In this document: positions 1-15,104 of the stretch, piece by piece
How the letters are laid out: every line of letters begins with the position of its first letter
Numbering within the stretch: the stretch's first letter is position 1
Source of the DNA: the human T2T-CHM13v2.0 reference genome, Homo sapiens
Assembly: GCF_009914755.1 (NCBI RefSeq)
Contig: NC_060925.1
Length of the DNA stretch: 64,000 nt
Reading direction: 5' to 3' (one strand)
Notes under the pieces: model-generated
What the model saw: the letters and a program-made list of their open reading frames with translations, nothing else
Databases searched by the model: none
Told to the model about the DNA's origin: nothing
Program-made: the position numbers and the translations under genes

Positions 1-114
1 AAGGCAATTAGGAGGAGCCCCAGAAGCGGAACACAGACGGGAGTGGGGGGATGGCAGGTGGGCTGGAGTGCACAGCCAGGAAGGGGAGGGTCCATTGTGA
101 GGAGGAGAGAGGCA

Positions 115-237
115 GGGTGACTGTGGGGAGGAGGTGATGGGGGTGACTGTGGAGAGGAGGTGATGGGGGTGACTGTGGGGAGGAGGTGATGGGGGTGACT
201 GTGGGGAGGAGGTGATGGGGGTGACTGTGGGGAGGAG
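115..237. repeat. 26-bp G-rich minisatellite, about 4.7 copies
   Basis: Unit gggtgactgtggggaggaggtgatgg starting at 115, 141, 167, 193 and 219. Confidence 0.92.
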
Positions 238-323
238 CAGCCACAGTGACTCTTTGTGTGTCAGCCAAGCAGAGCAGCTGTGTGGAGTGGCAGAAGGGGC
301 CCAAGACAATCTGAAATGGAGGC
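238..323 (+). pseudogene. Decayed Ig-exon relic
   Basis: gtggagtggcagaaggggcccaagacaatctgaaatggaggc resembles array GTGGAGTGGAGGAAGGGGCCCGAGACCCTCAGAGATGGGGAC and carries an in-frame TGA. Confidence 0.6.
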
Positions 324-1733
324 TTTGACCAGGACAGAACGTCTGGAGCCCTGTGGTCCGCCTACGGCAGATCTAGGGTGTCCTCACGTGTGGGCGGTGG
401 GAGTGGATCTCAGCCATGGCTGGGTCCCCTAGGGATGTGAGACTGCAGAACTCGCCCTGGGCCCTGAACCTCTCAGTCACAGCAAGGAGAGGATTCTAGC
501 CTCAAGCCACCAGTGTTCTCAGCAGAAGGGGCAGAGCCCTGCAGGCCTGGCCTTGTGTGTCTGTGGAGCCGGGACCCATGGCCCGGTGTGGCTGGTGGCG
601 TGGTGTGGCGTGTTCAGGTGCTCGGGGCCTTGAAGGGCCTGGCTCACTTCCGTCAGGGAAAGCACATGGGATAAAGCCGGCCCAGGTGGAGGGCTCGGGC
701 ACCTTACAGGGAATGCAGGGAAGGACTCTCCCAAGCTCAAGGGCCTTCTCGCCCAGGACTGGTGGGCTCCCCTCACACCACAAGGAGTGAACCCTCAGCC
801 AGTGAAGGGGCAGGTTCTGGGGGCCAGGCACAGCCATCTGGATGCCAGTGCCTGAAGCAGGTAGCTCCGGTCACAGGCACAAGTGTTGTAGACCTTTGCG
901 GAGAGGCCGGGCCTCCATGCACCTCCAGCGGTGTCGACAGAGCACAGACAGCTTCCAAGGCATGGAGGCACCACACTACCAGGCTTGCCAGGACACCCCA
1001 GAGGGGCACAGACTTCGGGCTCTGTCACATGGCTGTGTAGCATGTTGGAGAGACACAGAGACCACAGGCGCCCGGGGGCTAATCTGTGTCCTCCTCAGAC
1101 CGGTGGCTGAAGAGCAGATGACCAGAGTGGACCCCTGCCGGCTGCCTGAGGCAGTTGCTTCCAGAAGTGGGCGAGTTCCGGGAAAGCTTCAGGTGGTGGG
1201 TGCCCTGCTGGACCCCCTCTGGTGCCTGCTAAGAGGGCACCCTTGCATGCTGGAAGTTTCCACCGGACCCTGAAGCCCCAAGGATGCTCCGAGCTGCAGT
1301 TCCCCAGGGGGCGTCCAGGGGATGAAGCTGAGCACTCTGAGGCTCCAGTCTCCATCTGGTGGGCTGGGAAGCCACCCAGCCTCAGTGCACAGGAGACAGT
1401 GGCCCTCGTCTGTCCCTGTGATCCATGGCTATCTCCTGCATGCAGGGCATGTCCGGGTGGACGGTTCCTTCATGTATTCAGTTAGTTGTTTCTTATCTGC
1501 TGGACCCATGCACCAGGGCACCTGCTGCGTGGGGTTCCTGCTTGCATCATGAACACAGGGTGACAGTCAAGGTGGAGGGCGGCACCCTCCTCTCTCCCAG
1601 CAGCAGGCTCCTTACTCCCTGTCTGCCCTGGGCCCTGGCCGCCGGAGCAGCAGGAACTGATGAGAAGCAGGAGCTTGGATGATTTTGTGGGAGATTTTTA
1701 GGCAGCTGATTTTGTGTCTTTTTTCTCCAGCTA

Positions 1734-2037
<304 letters not shown>

Positions 2038-2466
2038 TTATGAAGGAGCTATGAAATAGGGAGCCACAGAATGAGGCCAGGGCCACAGTATAGTGTGAGC
2101 CACCAGGCTGGTCTTGGGCCCTTGAGCATGATGACAAATTCAGTCTGAGCCAGGATGGGCTACGGAAGACCCTGGGGATGGGGAGATGTGGTTTGGTTCC
2201 GTCTCTGCCTCCCCATCTCATGGGTCCTGTGGCCACTGCATGTGTCTGCCATCATCTTGGGGTCCCTGCTAGGATTCCAGCTCCTCTGTGTCCTGGGCGG
2301 CTTTCCCCTGTGTGTCCATGGCCAGTCTGTTCTCTGTTCCCAGGGCACTGTTTCACGTCCACATGTCCATGCTTTAATTCCTAGTTTCCTCCAGAGCGGG
2401 AGTGTGTCCTTGCTGAGTGTCCCCAGGTGTCTCCAGAGGGCCTCATGGTTTTTGTGTCCTCTCCAG

Positions 2467-2530
2467 CCTTGCCAGCCAGGTTCATAGAAAGTATGAGGCC
2501 TGAGGATGCCTCAAAAGGGGCCATACCGTG
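2467..2530 (+). pseudogene. 5' half-exon relic of the Ig array with intact acceptor
   Basis: ctctccag|cc, reads (A)LPARFIESMRPEDASKGA then diverges. Confidence 0.8.
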
Positions 2531-2699
2531 GTGCTGGTGGGCTGGACCGTGGGAAGCCGCAGTGCACAGCCTGTACTCAGCACACCCCAGGAGCAGCCCA
2601 TGTTCAGATGGCTTCCCTGTCTTCTCAGTGTTGTCCATGTCCTGTCTCTTCTGTGGGCTCAGAGGGTGTGACTGTGGCCATCTCTTTCTGATCCCTCAG

Positions 2700-2963
2700 C
2701 CCTGCCAGCCAAGTTCACAGAGGGTCTGAGGAATGAAGAGGCCGTGGAAGGGGCCACAGCCATGTTGTGGTGTGAACTGAGCAAGGTGGCCCCTGTGGAG
2801 TGGAGGAAGGGGCCCGAGAACCTCAGAGATGGGGACAGATACATCCTGAGGCAGGAGGGGACCAGGTGTGAGCTGCAGATCTGTGGCCTGGCCATGGCGG
2901 ACGCCGGGGAGTACTTGTGTGTGTGCGGGCAGGAGAGGACCTCAGCCACGCTCACCATCAGGG
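2700..2963 (+). CDS. OBSCN: OBSCN tandem Ig exon 1 of 11 (ALPAKFTEGLRNEEAVEG...TLTIR)
   Basis: cag| acceptor, G|gtaaag donor, 264 bp, phase 1-1. Confidence 0.96.
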
Positions 2964-3324
2964 GTAAAGATCATGTGTGGCCTTGTGGACCCGTGGCTTG
3001 GTGTCTACATGTCACTGAGTCATCCTCATCTTCCAATGTGGCACAGCCCCTGTGGCAATCCCGGGGTTGTCTTTTCTCCAACTGAGGTCCTCCGGTTGTC
3101 TCCCGCCTACTCTTCTTGTCCAGGAGGTGTCCTCATGCTCATGTTCATCCCTTTGTGTTCTCTGTTCTTCCCGGGCCATTTGCTTCCTCCCCGTGTGAAT
3201 GTTTATTTGCTCCTTCACATGTGGTCCTTTGGCGGTTTGTGTGGCTCCTTGTGGGTGTCCATGTCCCGTCCACAGAGTCTTCCAGACAGTCTGATGATCT
3301 CAGCGACTGCTTGGTCCTTCCCAG

Positions 3325-3588
3325 CTCTGCCTGCCAGGTTCATAGAAGATGTGAAAAACCAGGAGGCCAGAGAAGGGGCCACGGCTGTGCTGCAGTGTGA
3401 GCTGAACAGTGCAGCCCCTGTGGAGTGGAGAAAGGGGTCTGAGACCCTTAGAGATGGGGACAGATACAGCCTGAGGCAGGACGGGACTAAATGTGAGCTG
3501 CAGATTCGTGGCCTGGCCATGGCAGACACTGGGGAGTACTCGTGCGTGTGCGGGCAGGAGAGGACCTCGGCTATGCTCACCGTCAGGG
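3325..3588 (+). CDS. OBSCN: OBSCN tandem Ig exon 2 (ALPARFIEDVKNQEAREG...)
   Basis: AG/GT, 264 bp, phase 1-1. Confidence 0.96.
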
Positions 3589-4154
3589 GTAAAAGCCACA
3601 TGTGGCCAAGGAGAGCCCTCTTCTGGTGTCCATGTACTGATGTCATGCCGTCTGTCTGTACTCACCCCATGTGCTCTCCCTGCATCTGCGCCACCCTGTT
3701 CCCATCACTCTGCGGAGTCCCTTCCAGCCTCTAGAGCTATTGTGGGAACCAGGAGAAACTGGCCTTGCAGCCAGCTTCCACCCCATGTGCCTCCAAAGAT
3801 GGGCTCCATCATGTTGTCCTGTTGGCTTCTGCACCTTGTCCTTCATGCTGTCCTGTCCTCCCCCCACAGAGTGCTCCAGAGACTCTCACGGTCCTCATGT
3901 GTGTCTGACATACTCTGGCTCTGGCAGCCAGAGTTACATAAAGTGTGAGGACTCAGGAGGCCATGGAAGGAGCCACAGCTACAGCGCTGACAGGCTGGAG
4001 CATGGGAAGCCCCAGTCCACAGCCTGTGCTCAGCACACCCCACATGTGGCCTGTGTCCAGTTGGATTCTGTGTCTTCTCTGTGCCATCCATGTTCTGTAT
4101 CTTCCATGTTCTCAGAGAGCATGATTGTGTTCATATATTCTGACCCTCCCCCAG

Positions 4155-4418
4155 CTCTACCCATCAAGTTCACAGAGGGTCTGAGGAACGAAGAGGCCAC
4201 AGAAGGGGCAACAGCCGTGCTGCGGTGTGAGCTGAGCAAGATGGCCCCCGTGGAGTGGTGGAAGGGGCATGAGACCCTCAGAGATGGAGACAGACACAGC
4301 CTGAGGCAGGACGGGGCCAGGTGTGAGCTGCAGATCCGCGGCCTCGTGGCAGAGGACGCTGGGGAGTACCTGTGCATGTGCGGGAAGGAGAGGACCTCAG
4401 CCATGCTCACCGTCAGGG
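4155..4418 (+). CDS. OBSCN: OBSCN tandem Ig exon 3 (ALPIKFTEGLRNEEATEG...)
   Basis: AG/GT, 264 bp. Confidence 0.96.
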
Positions 4419-4953
4419 GTAAAGGCCACATGCAGCCAAGCAGCACCATGCTCTCATGTCCACGTGTTGACTTGACGCCATCCGTCTCTGCCTATGCTGC
4501 GTTCTCTCCCCATGTCTGTGCCTGCCTGTGTAACTGCACGAGCTTCTTCCAGCCTCCAGGGCTGTTGTAGGAAGCAGGAGGAAGCAGCCTCTCTAGCGGG
4601 CTCCCACTGTGTGCCTCCGAGGACTCTGTCAACATTGTCACGTTGGATTCTATGTCTTCCATCCTGTCACATTCTTTCCCCTGATGTTCTCCATGTGTTT
4701 CTGACCCTCTCTGGGCCTGGGTGCCAGAGATTCCTATAAAGCCTGAGATGTGAGGAGGCCACAGGAGGGGCCATGGCCATGTGCTGTACAGTCTGTACTG
4801 AGGGAAGTCCCAGTCCACAGCCTGTGCTCAGCACACCCCCATGCGGCCTGTGCCCAGTTGGGTTCTGTGTCTTGTCTCTGCCATCCATGTCTTTCCTATC
4901 TCTTCCAGGTACTCAGAGAATGTGATTATATCTGTGTCTTTTGACCTCCCCAG

Positions 4954-5217
4954 CCATGCCTTCCAAGTTCATAGAGGGTCTGAGGAATGAAGAGGCCACA
5001 GAAGGGGACACGGCCACGCTGTGGTGTGAGCTGAGCAAGGCGGCACCGGTGGAGTGGAGGAAGGGGCATGAGACCCTCAGAGATGGGGACAGACACAGCC
5101 TGAGGCAGGATGGGTCCAGGTGTGAGCTGCAGATCCGTGGCCTGGCTGTGGTGGATGCCGGGGAGTACTCGTGTGTGTGCGGGCAGGAGAGGACCTCAGC
5201 CACACTCACTGTCAGGG
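4954..5217 (+). CDS. OBSCN: OBSCN tandem Ig exon 4 (AMPSKFIEGLRNEEATEG...)
   Basis: AG/GT, 264 bp. Confidence 0.96.
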
Positions 5218-5581
5218 GTAAAGATCGTGTGTAGCTATGTGGACCATGGCTTGGTGTCTACGCATCTCTGTGTCACCACCTTCTGCCTTCAAATGTGGCA
5301 TGGTTCTGTGGCAACCCCATGGTTGTCTGTCCTTTAACCAGGGTCCTCTGGGCATCTCCCTCCTCCCTTCTTATCCAGGAGGTGTCCTCATGCTCATGTC
5401 CTTCTCCTTTTGTGTTCTCTGTTCCTCTGGGGCCATTTGCTTCCTCCCCATGTGTACGTTTGTTTGCTCTTTCACGTGTGGTCCTTTGATGGTTTGTGTG
5501 GCTCCTTGTGGGTGACCATGTCTCGTCCATAGAGTCCTCCAGACGGTCTGATAATCACAATGACTGCTTGGTTCTTCCCAG

Positions 5582-5845
5582 CCCTGCCTGCCAGATTCAT
5601 AGAAGATGTGAAAAACCAGGAGGCCAGAGAAGGGGCCACGGCCGTGCTGCAATGTGAGCTGAGCAAGGCGGCCCCCGTGGAGTGGAGGAAGGGGTCTGAG
5701 ACCCTCAGAGGTGGGGACAGATACAGCCTGAGGCAGGATGGGACCAGATGTGAGCTGCAGATTCATGGCCTGTCTGTGGCAGACACTGGGGAGTACTCGT
5801 GTGTGTGCGGGCAGGAGAGGACCTCGGCCACACTCACCGTCAGGG
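5582..5845 (+). CDS. OBSCN: OBSCN tandem Ig exon 5 (ALPARFIEDVKNQEAREG...)
   Basis: AG/GT, 264 bp. Confidence 0.96.
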
Positions 5846-6304
5846 GTAAAGACCACATGTGGCCACCTGAGTGATTCCTGTCTCCTCCCACCTAACCCAC
5901 ATGATCTGTGCTCTCCCAGTTCCTCTTGATGTCATTGCCATCTCATTCAGTCACTCCCCTGTGTGATACATCCCACAAATGCACTTGGAACCCACTTGGA
6001 TGACCTAATCTAGGGCCTGGGAATATGGACCTCAGGAGTGAATAGGGCAGGGACCCAAAGGAGAGCCCCACAGACAGACATCAGGGTCCAGGAGAGCTGT
6101 CTGGGGCCACTGGCATCTTGCTGGGGCTTGCACATGTGCGTGGGCTCTGGGGCCCCAGGCCTAGAGGTGAGGGCCTGTGTTTCTGCTGATGGACATGCAC
6201 AGTAGGGTTGGGGGCTCACCGAGGAGGTGGTCAGGCCAGGCCCCACTAAATCTGCTGAGAGTGTTTGAGTGGTTCTTGTGGTCATGCCAGGCTCCTGAAG
6301 GACT

Positions 6305-8582
<2,278 letters not shown>

Positions 8583-9255
8583 GGGTAACCAGGGTGGGGC
8601 TTGCTCCATTGTACCTTGTGAGCTCTCACTTTGCTTAGAGTCAGGAGGGAAGAGAGGACAGCAGGTTGAAGGGTCAGAGGTGTGATGTAGAAGCCGCATC
8701 TGGAGTCTGTTGGGGGTTTTGGTGATTGAGCCAAGGCAATGTGTATCCAGTAAAGTCAGGACAGGAGCAGTGAGGTGGAGACAGCAGGTCCTTGTGTGGG
8801 CTGGGATGGTTGGCAGTGAGCCGAGGTATGCCCATGCATGAGCAGTGCTGGATGGAAGCCCTGCCTGGGATGGGTATCTCCTGTATGAGAATGGGAAGCA
8901 GGTGTCAGGACAAGGAGGTGCCTCCTGTGAGGCTGGAGAAAGAGAGAGAGAGAAGAGAGAGATGTATCACATTATTGCATATGTGGAAGTTGCAGGAGCC
9001 TGTCTTGCTTCCTAGTAATGATAGGACATGGGTAGGACAAGATGCCCTTTGAGAAGAGATCCAGGATGGAGCCCATCTCTCAGCCAATCTGCACCTCATA
9101 GGCAGAACACAGGAAGACCTCAGTCTCACATGGTCTTTGGTCCGCCTTATCCCATGTCTTCGAGATCTGCTTCTGTTTCCTTCCTAGATAATCAGGTTGC
9201 GTCCCTCAGATCCTCCAGAGGGTTTGATGGCTTCTGTCCATGTGACCCTTCCTAG

Positions 9256-9519
9256 CCCTGCCTGCACGATTCACTCAAGATCTGAAGACCAAGGAGGCCT
9301 CAGAAGGGGCCACAGCTACACTGCAGTGTGAGCTGAGCAAGGTGGCCCCTGTGGAATGGAAGAAGGGTCCTGAGACCCTCAGAGATGGGGGCAGATACAG
9401 CCTGAAGCAGGATGGGACGAGGTGTGAGCTGCAGATCCATGACCTGTCTGTGGCGGATGCTGGGGAATACTCATGCATGTGTGGACAAGAGAGGACCTCG
9501 GCCACGCTCACTGTCAGGG
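9256..9519 (+). CDS. OBSCN: OBSCN tandem Ig exon 6 (ALPARFTQDLKTKEASEG...)
   Basis: tag| acceptor, GT donor, 264 bp. Confidence 0.95.
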
Positions 9520-10060
9520 GTAAAGTCCATCTGTCCAGATCTGCGTTCTGGTGTCCAGTTGTTCACTTCTTGCCATCAATCTCTGCTCATTGCATGGTCT
9601 CCCCCAGACTGCCACACTCTTCACGTCATGCCACACTATCCCTTCCAGCTTCCTGGGCTGCTGAAGGAACCAGAAGAAACTCTCATCTACATCCAGATTC
9701 CCTCTCCTGTGATACTGTGGGCCCTGTTCTATTGGATTGTGTCTTGTCTTTCATCTTGTCATGTCCTATCTACCAGCGCTTTCCAAGGAATTTAATGTTC
9801 TTTGTGTTTTCTGACCCTCTCTGGCCCTGCATGGCAGATTCACGTTATCTCTGAGGCCTGAGGAGCCCACGAAGGGGCTCCTTCATGGTTACTTCGTGAT
9901 GTTACCAGGCTGAACAGAGGGAATCTACAGCCTGTGCTTGGCATACCCTGCATGTGGTCTGTGTCCAGTTGGGCTTTGTGTCTTCTCTGTGCCATCCATG
10001 TCCTGTCTCTTTCATGTGCTCAATGTAATTGTGTCCATGTCTTTCTGATCCCTCCACCAG

Positions 10061-10324
10061 CCCTGCCTGCCAGGTTCACAGAGGGTCTGAGGAATGAAGA
10101 GGCCATGGAAGGGGCCACAGCCACACTGCAATGTGAGCTGAGCAAGGCAGCCCCTGTGGAGTGGAGGAAAGGCCTTGAGGCTCTCAGAGATGGGGACAAA
10201 TACAGCCTGAGACAAGACGGGGCTGTGTGTGAGCTGCAGATTCATGGCCTGGCTATGGCAGATAACGGGGTGTACTCATGTGTGTGTGGGCAGGAGAGGA
10301 CCTCAGCTACACTCACTGTCAGGG
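10061..10324 (+). CDS. OBSCN: OBSCN tandem Ig exon 7 (ALPARFTEGLRNEEAMEG...)
   Basis: AG/GT, 264 bp. Confidence 0.95.
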
Positions 10325-10683
10325 GTAAAGATCCTATGTGGCCATGTGGGCTTGTGGCTTGGTGTATACACCTCTCTGTGTCACCACCTTCTGCCTCCAA
10401 ATGTGGCACATCTCCTGTGGAAACCCTGTGATTGTCTGTCCTCTAACTGGGGCCCTCTAGGTATCTCCTGCCTCCCCTTCTCATCAGTAGATGTCCTCCT
10501 GCTCATGCATGTCCCTGTGTGTTCTCTGTGCCTCCTGGGCCATTTGCCTTCTCATTGTTTATATATTGCTCATCTAGCTATGGTCCTTTGGTGGTTTGTG
10601 TGGCTCCTTATTGGTGTCCATGTTCTGTCCGAAAAATCCTCCAGACAGTCTGATGATATCAGTGACTGTTTGGTCCTTCTCAG

Positions 10684-10947
10684 CCCTGCCTGCCAGATTC
10701 ATAGAGGATATGAGAAACCAGAAGGCCACAGAAGGGGCTACAGTCACATTGCAATGTAAGCTGAGAAAGGCGGCCCCCGTGGAGTGGAGAAAGGGGCCCA
10801 ACACCCTCAAAGATGGGGACAGGTACAGCCTGAAGCAGGATGGGACCAGTTGTGAGCTGCAGATTCGTGGCCTGGTCATAGCAGATGCTGGAGAATACTC
10901 GTGCATATGTGAGCAGGAGAGGACCTCGGCCACGCTCACTGTCAGGG
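10684..10947 (+). CDS. OBSCN: OBSCN tandem Ig exon 8 (ALPARFIEDMRNQKATEG...)
   Basis: AG/GT, 264 bp. Confidence 0.95.
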
Positions 10948-11394
10948 GTAAAGACCACATGTGACCACCTGAGTGACTTCTGTCTTCCCCCACTTAACCC
11001 ACATGTTCTGTGCTCTCCCAGTGTCTCTCAGTGTCGTTGACATTTTATTCAGTCACTCATCTTTGTGGTCCATCTCACAAATGCATGCTGAGGACCCACT
11101 TGGATGGCCTAATCTAGGGCCTGGGCATACAGACCCCAAGGGTGAATAGTGCAGGGTCCCCAGGTGTCAGGACAGGGAGAGCAGCAGGCAGGTGTCAGGG
11201 TCCAGGAGAGCTGTCTGGGGCCCCTGCCATCTTGCAAAGGCCTGTGGATGTCCACCAGCTCTTGAGCCTCAGGCATGGAGGTCAGGAAATGTATGTCCTT
11301 TGACAGACATAGCGATGGCTCAGGCCAGGCCCCTCTTCAGGCTGGTGAGTGTTCTGATTGATCCTTGTGGTCATTCCAAGCTTCTAAAGGAGTA

Positions 11395-13486
11395 TTGTCT
11401 TCATCTGCTCAGGCTAACGTAACAAAGCACTGCAGACAGGGTGGCTCAAATAACACAGATTTATTTTCTCAGAAGTATGGGGCTGAAATCTCAAGATCAA
11501 GATGTCAGCTCCTCTCTTCTTGTAGACAGCTGTCTTCTCCCCATGTCTTCACATGGATGTCCCTCTGTGTGCATGTGTGTGTCCTAACCTCTTTTTATAA
11601 GAGCACCAGTCATACTGGATTTGGAACCACCCTAACAACCTCATTTTTCCTTTCAATGATTGTCTTTAAATACAGTGATATTCTGACGTGTACTGGGGGT
11701 TAGGACTTCAACATATGCATTTTTTCTGAGGCACAATTCAGACCATAACACTCCACCATCTGGATTCTCAAAATTCATGGCCTTCTCACGTGCAAAATAT
11801 GTTTACTTCTTCCTAACAGTCCCAAATCTTAGCCCATTTCAATATCAACTAGTCCAAATCACCTCTAAATATCATCTGAGTCAACTGTGAGGGAGATAAA
11901 GTGTGACTTATACAGAGGCAAAATTTTTCTTCATCTGTGAGGCTGTGAAATCAGACAAGTTATTTGTTTTGAAGTCACAATGGTGGGACAGGCATAGGAT
12001 GGACATTCTGAATCAGGGAGAAACTGGAAAGGAGGAATGAGTCACGGGTCCCAAGTAAGGTGTAACCCTAGCAGGACAAATATTATTAGGTTTTAAGGCT
12101 TTGGATTAATACCTAGTCCTCTCGACCCAACAGGGTTGCAACTCTACCCCCTCAGCCCTGAGTGGAGGTGTCTGGCTCTCTGTAACTGAGGAGGAGACAG
12201 CATTACTTCCAGGCCTGTGCCCTCTACCCTCTGGTTATAATGCCATTCCTGTCAACTCCTGAACTAACTTTTGGGTCATTATTCCTTTTTCTTACAGAAT
12301 ATCTTGTTTATATCCATGTAGCTCTATTGGCCCATCCTGTGGATTCTCAGAAGTCTGACATCCTTCCTTCATTTTGTCCCATCTCTGTTCGAATCAGTTC
12401 AAGCTAGCAGCATTTCCTCTGGTATAAAGGTCTCAAAAACTTTGTCCCATGTGATCCATGTGGGTCAAAGCCACCAGACAAAAGAATTCTCCACAGATCT
12501 TTCCTTGATAATCTTATTTTTATTACTGGCTTCTGCTGAGAGGGCTGAATGGATCCATAAACCACACACCTGATCTGTTTAGCAAATGGTTGTCCAGTGT
12601 GGATATTCTCCCCAGAATAATGCTTTCTCATTTTTTTTTGCAGTATGTATAGCCTGAAAATTTTTCTGTATCTTCAAGCTCTGGTTCCTTTTTGCTTAAC
12701 AAATCCTTTTTGAATTTATCTCTCTCCTCTCACATTTTCATATTAGAGAGAAATCAGGCTATGGTTTCAATTCTTTGGTTAGAAACTTCCTCAGGTAAAT
12801 ATATCCAATTTTGTTGTTTGCAAGTCCTATCTTCCACAAAACACTAGAATAAAATTTGACCAGGTTTTTGGCTACTTTATAACAGTGATTGTCTTTCTCC
12901 AGTTTTTAATAATATGTCCCCCGTTGTCATCTGAGGCTTGACCAGAATCACTTTTAACACCCATGTTTTCACCGACAATTGCTGCCTGCAAACACTGTTT
13001 TTTGGCATGCACCTGAAATATCTTTCAGCTACCTCCCATTACCGAGTTCTAAAGCCACATCCACATTTATAGGTATTTGTTCCTTTGGCACCCCACTCCT
13101 GGTACCAAAGTCTGAATTTGTTTGCTTGGGTTGCCATAAAGAAAGTGTCATAGACTGGGTGGTATAAATAACAGAAATCTATTTCCTCACCATTCTGGAG
13201 GCTAGATGGTTGAGATCCAGGTGTCAGTACGGTTGGCTCCTTCTGAGGCCTCTCTCCTTTGCTTGTAGACAGCCATTTTCTCTGTGTCTTCACTGGTCCT
13301 TCTCTGTTTGTGTCCTAATCTCCTTTTCTTATAAGGACAGCATTTATATTGGATTAGATACCACCCTTGTGATCCCATTTAGCATTAATCACCTCTTTAA
13401 AGGCCCTATCTCAAAAACAGTCATATTCTGAAATAGTGGAAGTTAGGACTTCAACATTTGACTTCTGTAGAAACACAACCCATAGC
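11395..13486 (-). mobile_element. MaLR (MLT1-type) element, LTR-internal-LTR, copy 2
   Basis: LTR-like ends about 11395-11750 and 13110-13486; colinear with 6305-8582. Confidence 0.75.
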
Positions 13487-14172
13487 AGTCTATGGCTATG
13501 TAATTGGGTTAGGCCCTGCTCTGCTAACTTGTGAGCCCCCTGCCTGGAGTCAGGAGGCAAGAGAGAATGGTAGATTGGAGGTTCAGAGGTGTGGTTCAAG
13601 GCCACATCTGGTGTCTGTCATGATCTAGGTGATATGAGTCAGGGTAATATGTGGGAATGTGGATTCAGTAGGGTCAGTCTAGCAGTATGTTGGATGGAGG
13701 TAGCAGGGCCTTGTGTGGGCTGGGATGTTGTGCGGTGCGCCAGGTATATCTAGGCATGGGCACTGCTGGATGGAAGCCCTGTCTGGTCAGGCTATCTCTT
13801 GTGTGAGGGATGACAACGGGGCAGTGGATGTTGGGACCTGAAGGTGTCTGCTGTGTCATCATAGAGAGATGTCCATCACATTATTGCATATGTGGGTTGC
13901 AAGTTGGAGGAGCCTGTCTTGCTTCCCCATAATGAAAGTTCACAGGTAGGATAAGATGCCCTCTGAGAAGAGATCCAGGATGGAGCCCATCTCCCACCCA
14001 ATCTGCACCTCACAGGCAGAATGCAGGAAGTCCTCACTGTCAAATGCACTTTGGTCCGCCTCATCCCAAGTCCCTCCAGCCTTCCTGCTTCTGTTTTCTT
14101 CCTGGATGTTCAGGTGTGTCCCTCAGATCCTCCAGAGGGCTTGATGGCTTCTGTCCATGTGACCCTTCCTAC

Positions 14173-14306
14173 CTCTGCCTACCCAGTTCACTCAAGATCT
14201 GAAGACCAACGAGGCCTCAGAAGGGGCCACAGCCACATTGCAGTGTGAACTAAGCAAGGTGTCGCTGTGGAGTGGAAGAAGGGACCTGAGACCCTCAGAG
14301 ATGGGG
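14173..14306 (+). pseudogene. Dead truncated Ig pseudoexon (paralog of 9256-9519)
   Basis: Acceptor cctag changed to cctac, 1-nt deletion (gtgtcgctgtgg vs gtggcccctgtgg), truncated after agagatgggg. Confidence 0.9.
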
Positions 14307-14476
14307 AATGTGTTCTCTGTTCCTGGGCCGTGTGCTTTCTCACCATCTGTATATTCATTTGCTTATTCTGCCATGGTCCTGTGGTGGTTTGTGTGCCTCC
14401 TTGTGTGTGTCTGTGTTCTGTCCACAGAGTTGTCCAGTTAGTCTGATGATCTCAGTGTCTGCTTGGTCCTTTCCAG

Positions 14477-14740
14477 CCCTGCCGGCCAGATTCATAGAAG
14501 ATGTGAGAAATCACGAGGCCACAGAAGGGGCCACAGCTGTGCTGCAGTGTGAGCTGAGCAAGGCGGCCCCCGTGGAGTGGCGGAAGGGGTCTGAGACCCT
14601 CAGAGATGGGGACAGATATAGCCTGAGGCAGGACGGGACGAGGTGTGAGCTGCAGATTCGTGGCCTGGCTGTGGAGGACACTGGAGAGTATTTGTGTGTG
14701 TGCGGGCAGGAGAGAACCTCAGCTACACTCACTGTCAGGG
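14477..14740 (+). CDS. OBSCN: OBSCN tandem Ig exon 9 (ALPARFIEDVRNHEATEG...)
   Basis: AG/GT, 264 bp. Confidence 0.95.
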
Positions 14741-15104
14741 GTAAAGATCCTGTGTGGTCACATGGACTTGTGGCTTGGAATCTAAGTGTCTCTGTGTCAC
14801 CACCTTCTACTTCCAAATGTGGCACCCCTGTGGGAACCCTGAGGTTGTGTGTCCTCTAACTGGGGTCTTCTGGGCATCTCCTGCCTCTGCTTCTCCTCAT
14901 CAGGAGATGTCCTCCTGTTCATCCCCATCCCTGCGTGTTCTCTGTTCCTCTTGGGCCATGTGCTTTCTCGCCTTCCGTACATTCATTTGCTTATTCTGCC
15001 ATGGTCCTTTGGTGGTTTGTGTGGCTCCTCGTGTGTGTCTGTGTCCTGTCCACAGAGTTGTCCAGACAGTCTGATGATCTCAGTGACTGCTTGGTCCTTC
15101 CCAG

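Noticed and set aside
2868-4570. 288- and 299-aa ORFs spanning intron and exon
   Set aside because: Chance open intronic frames; canonical splice sites define 264-bp exons
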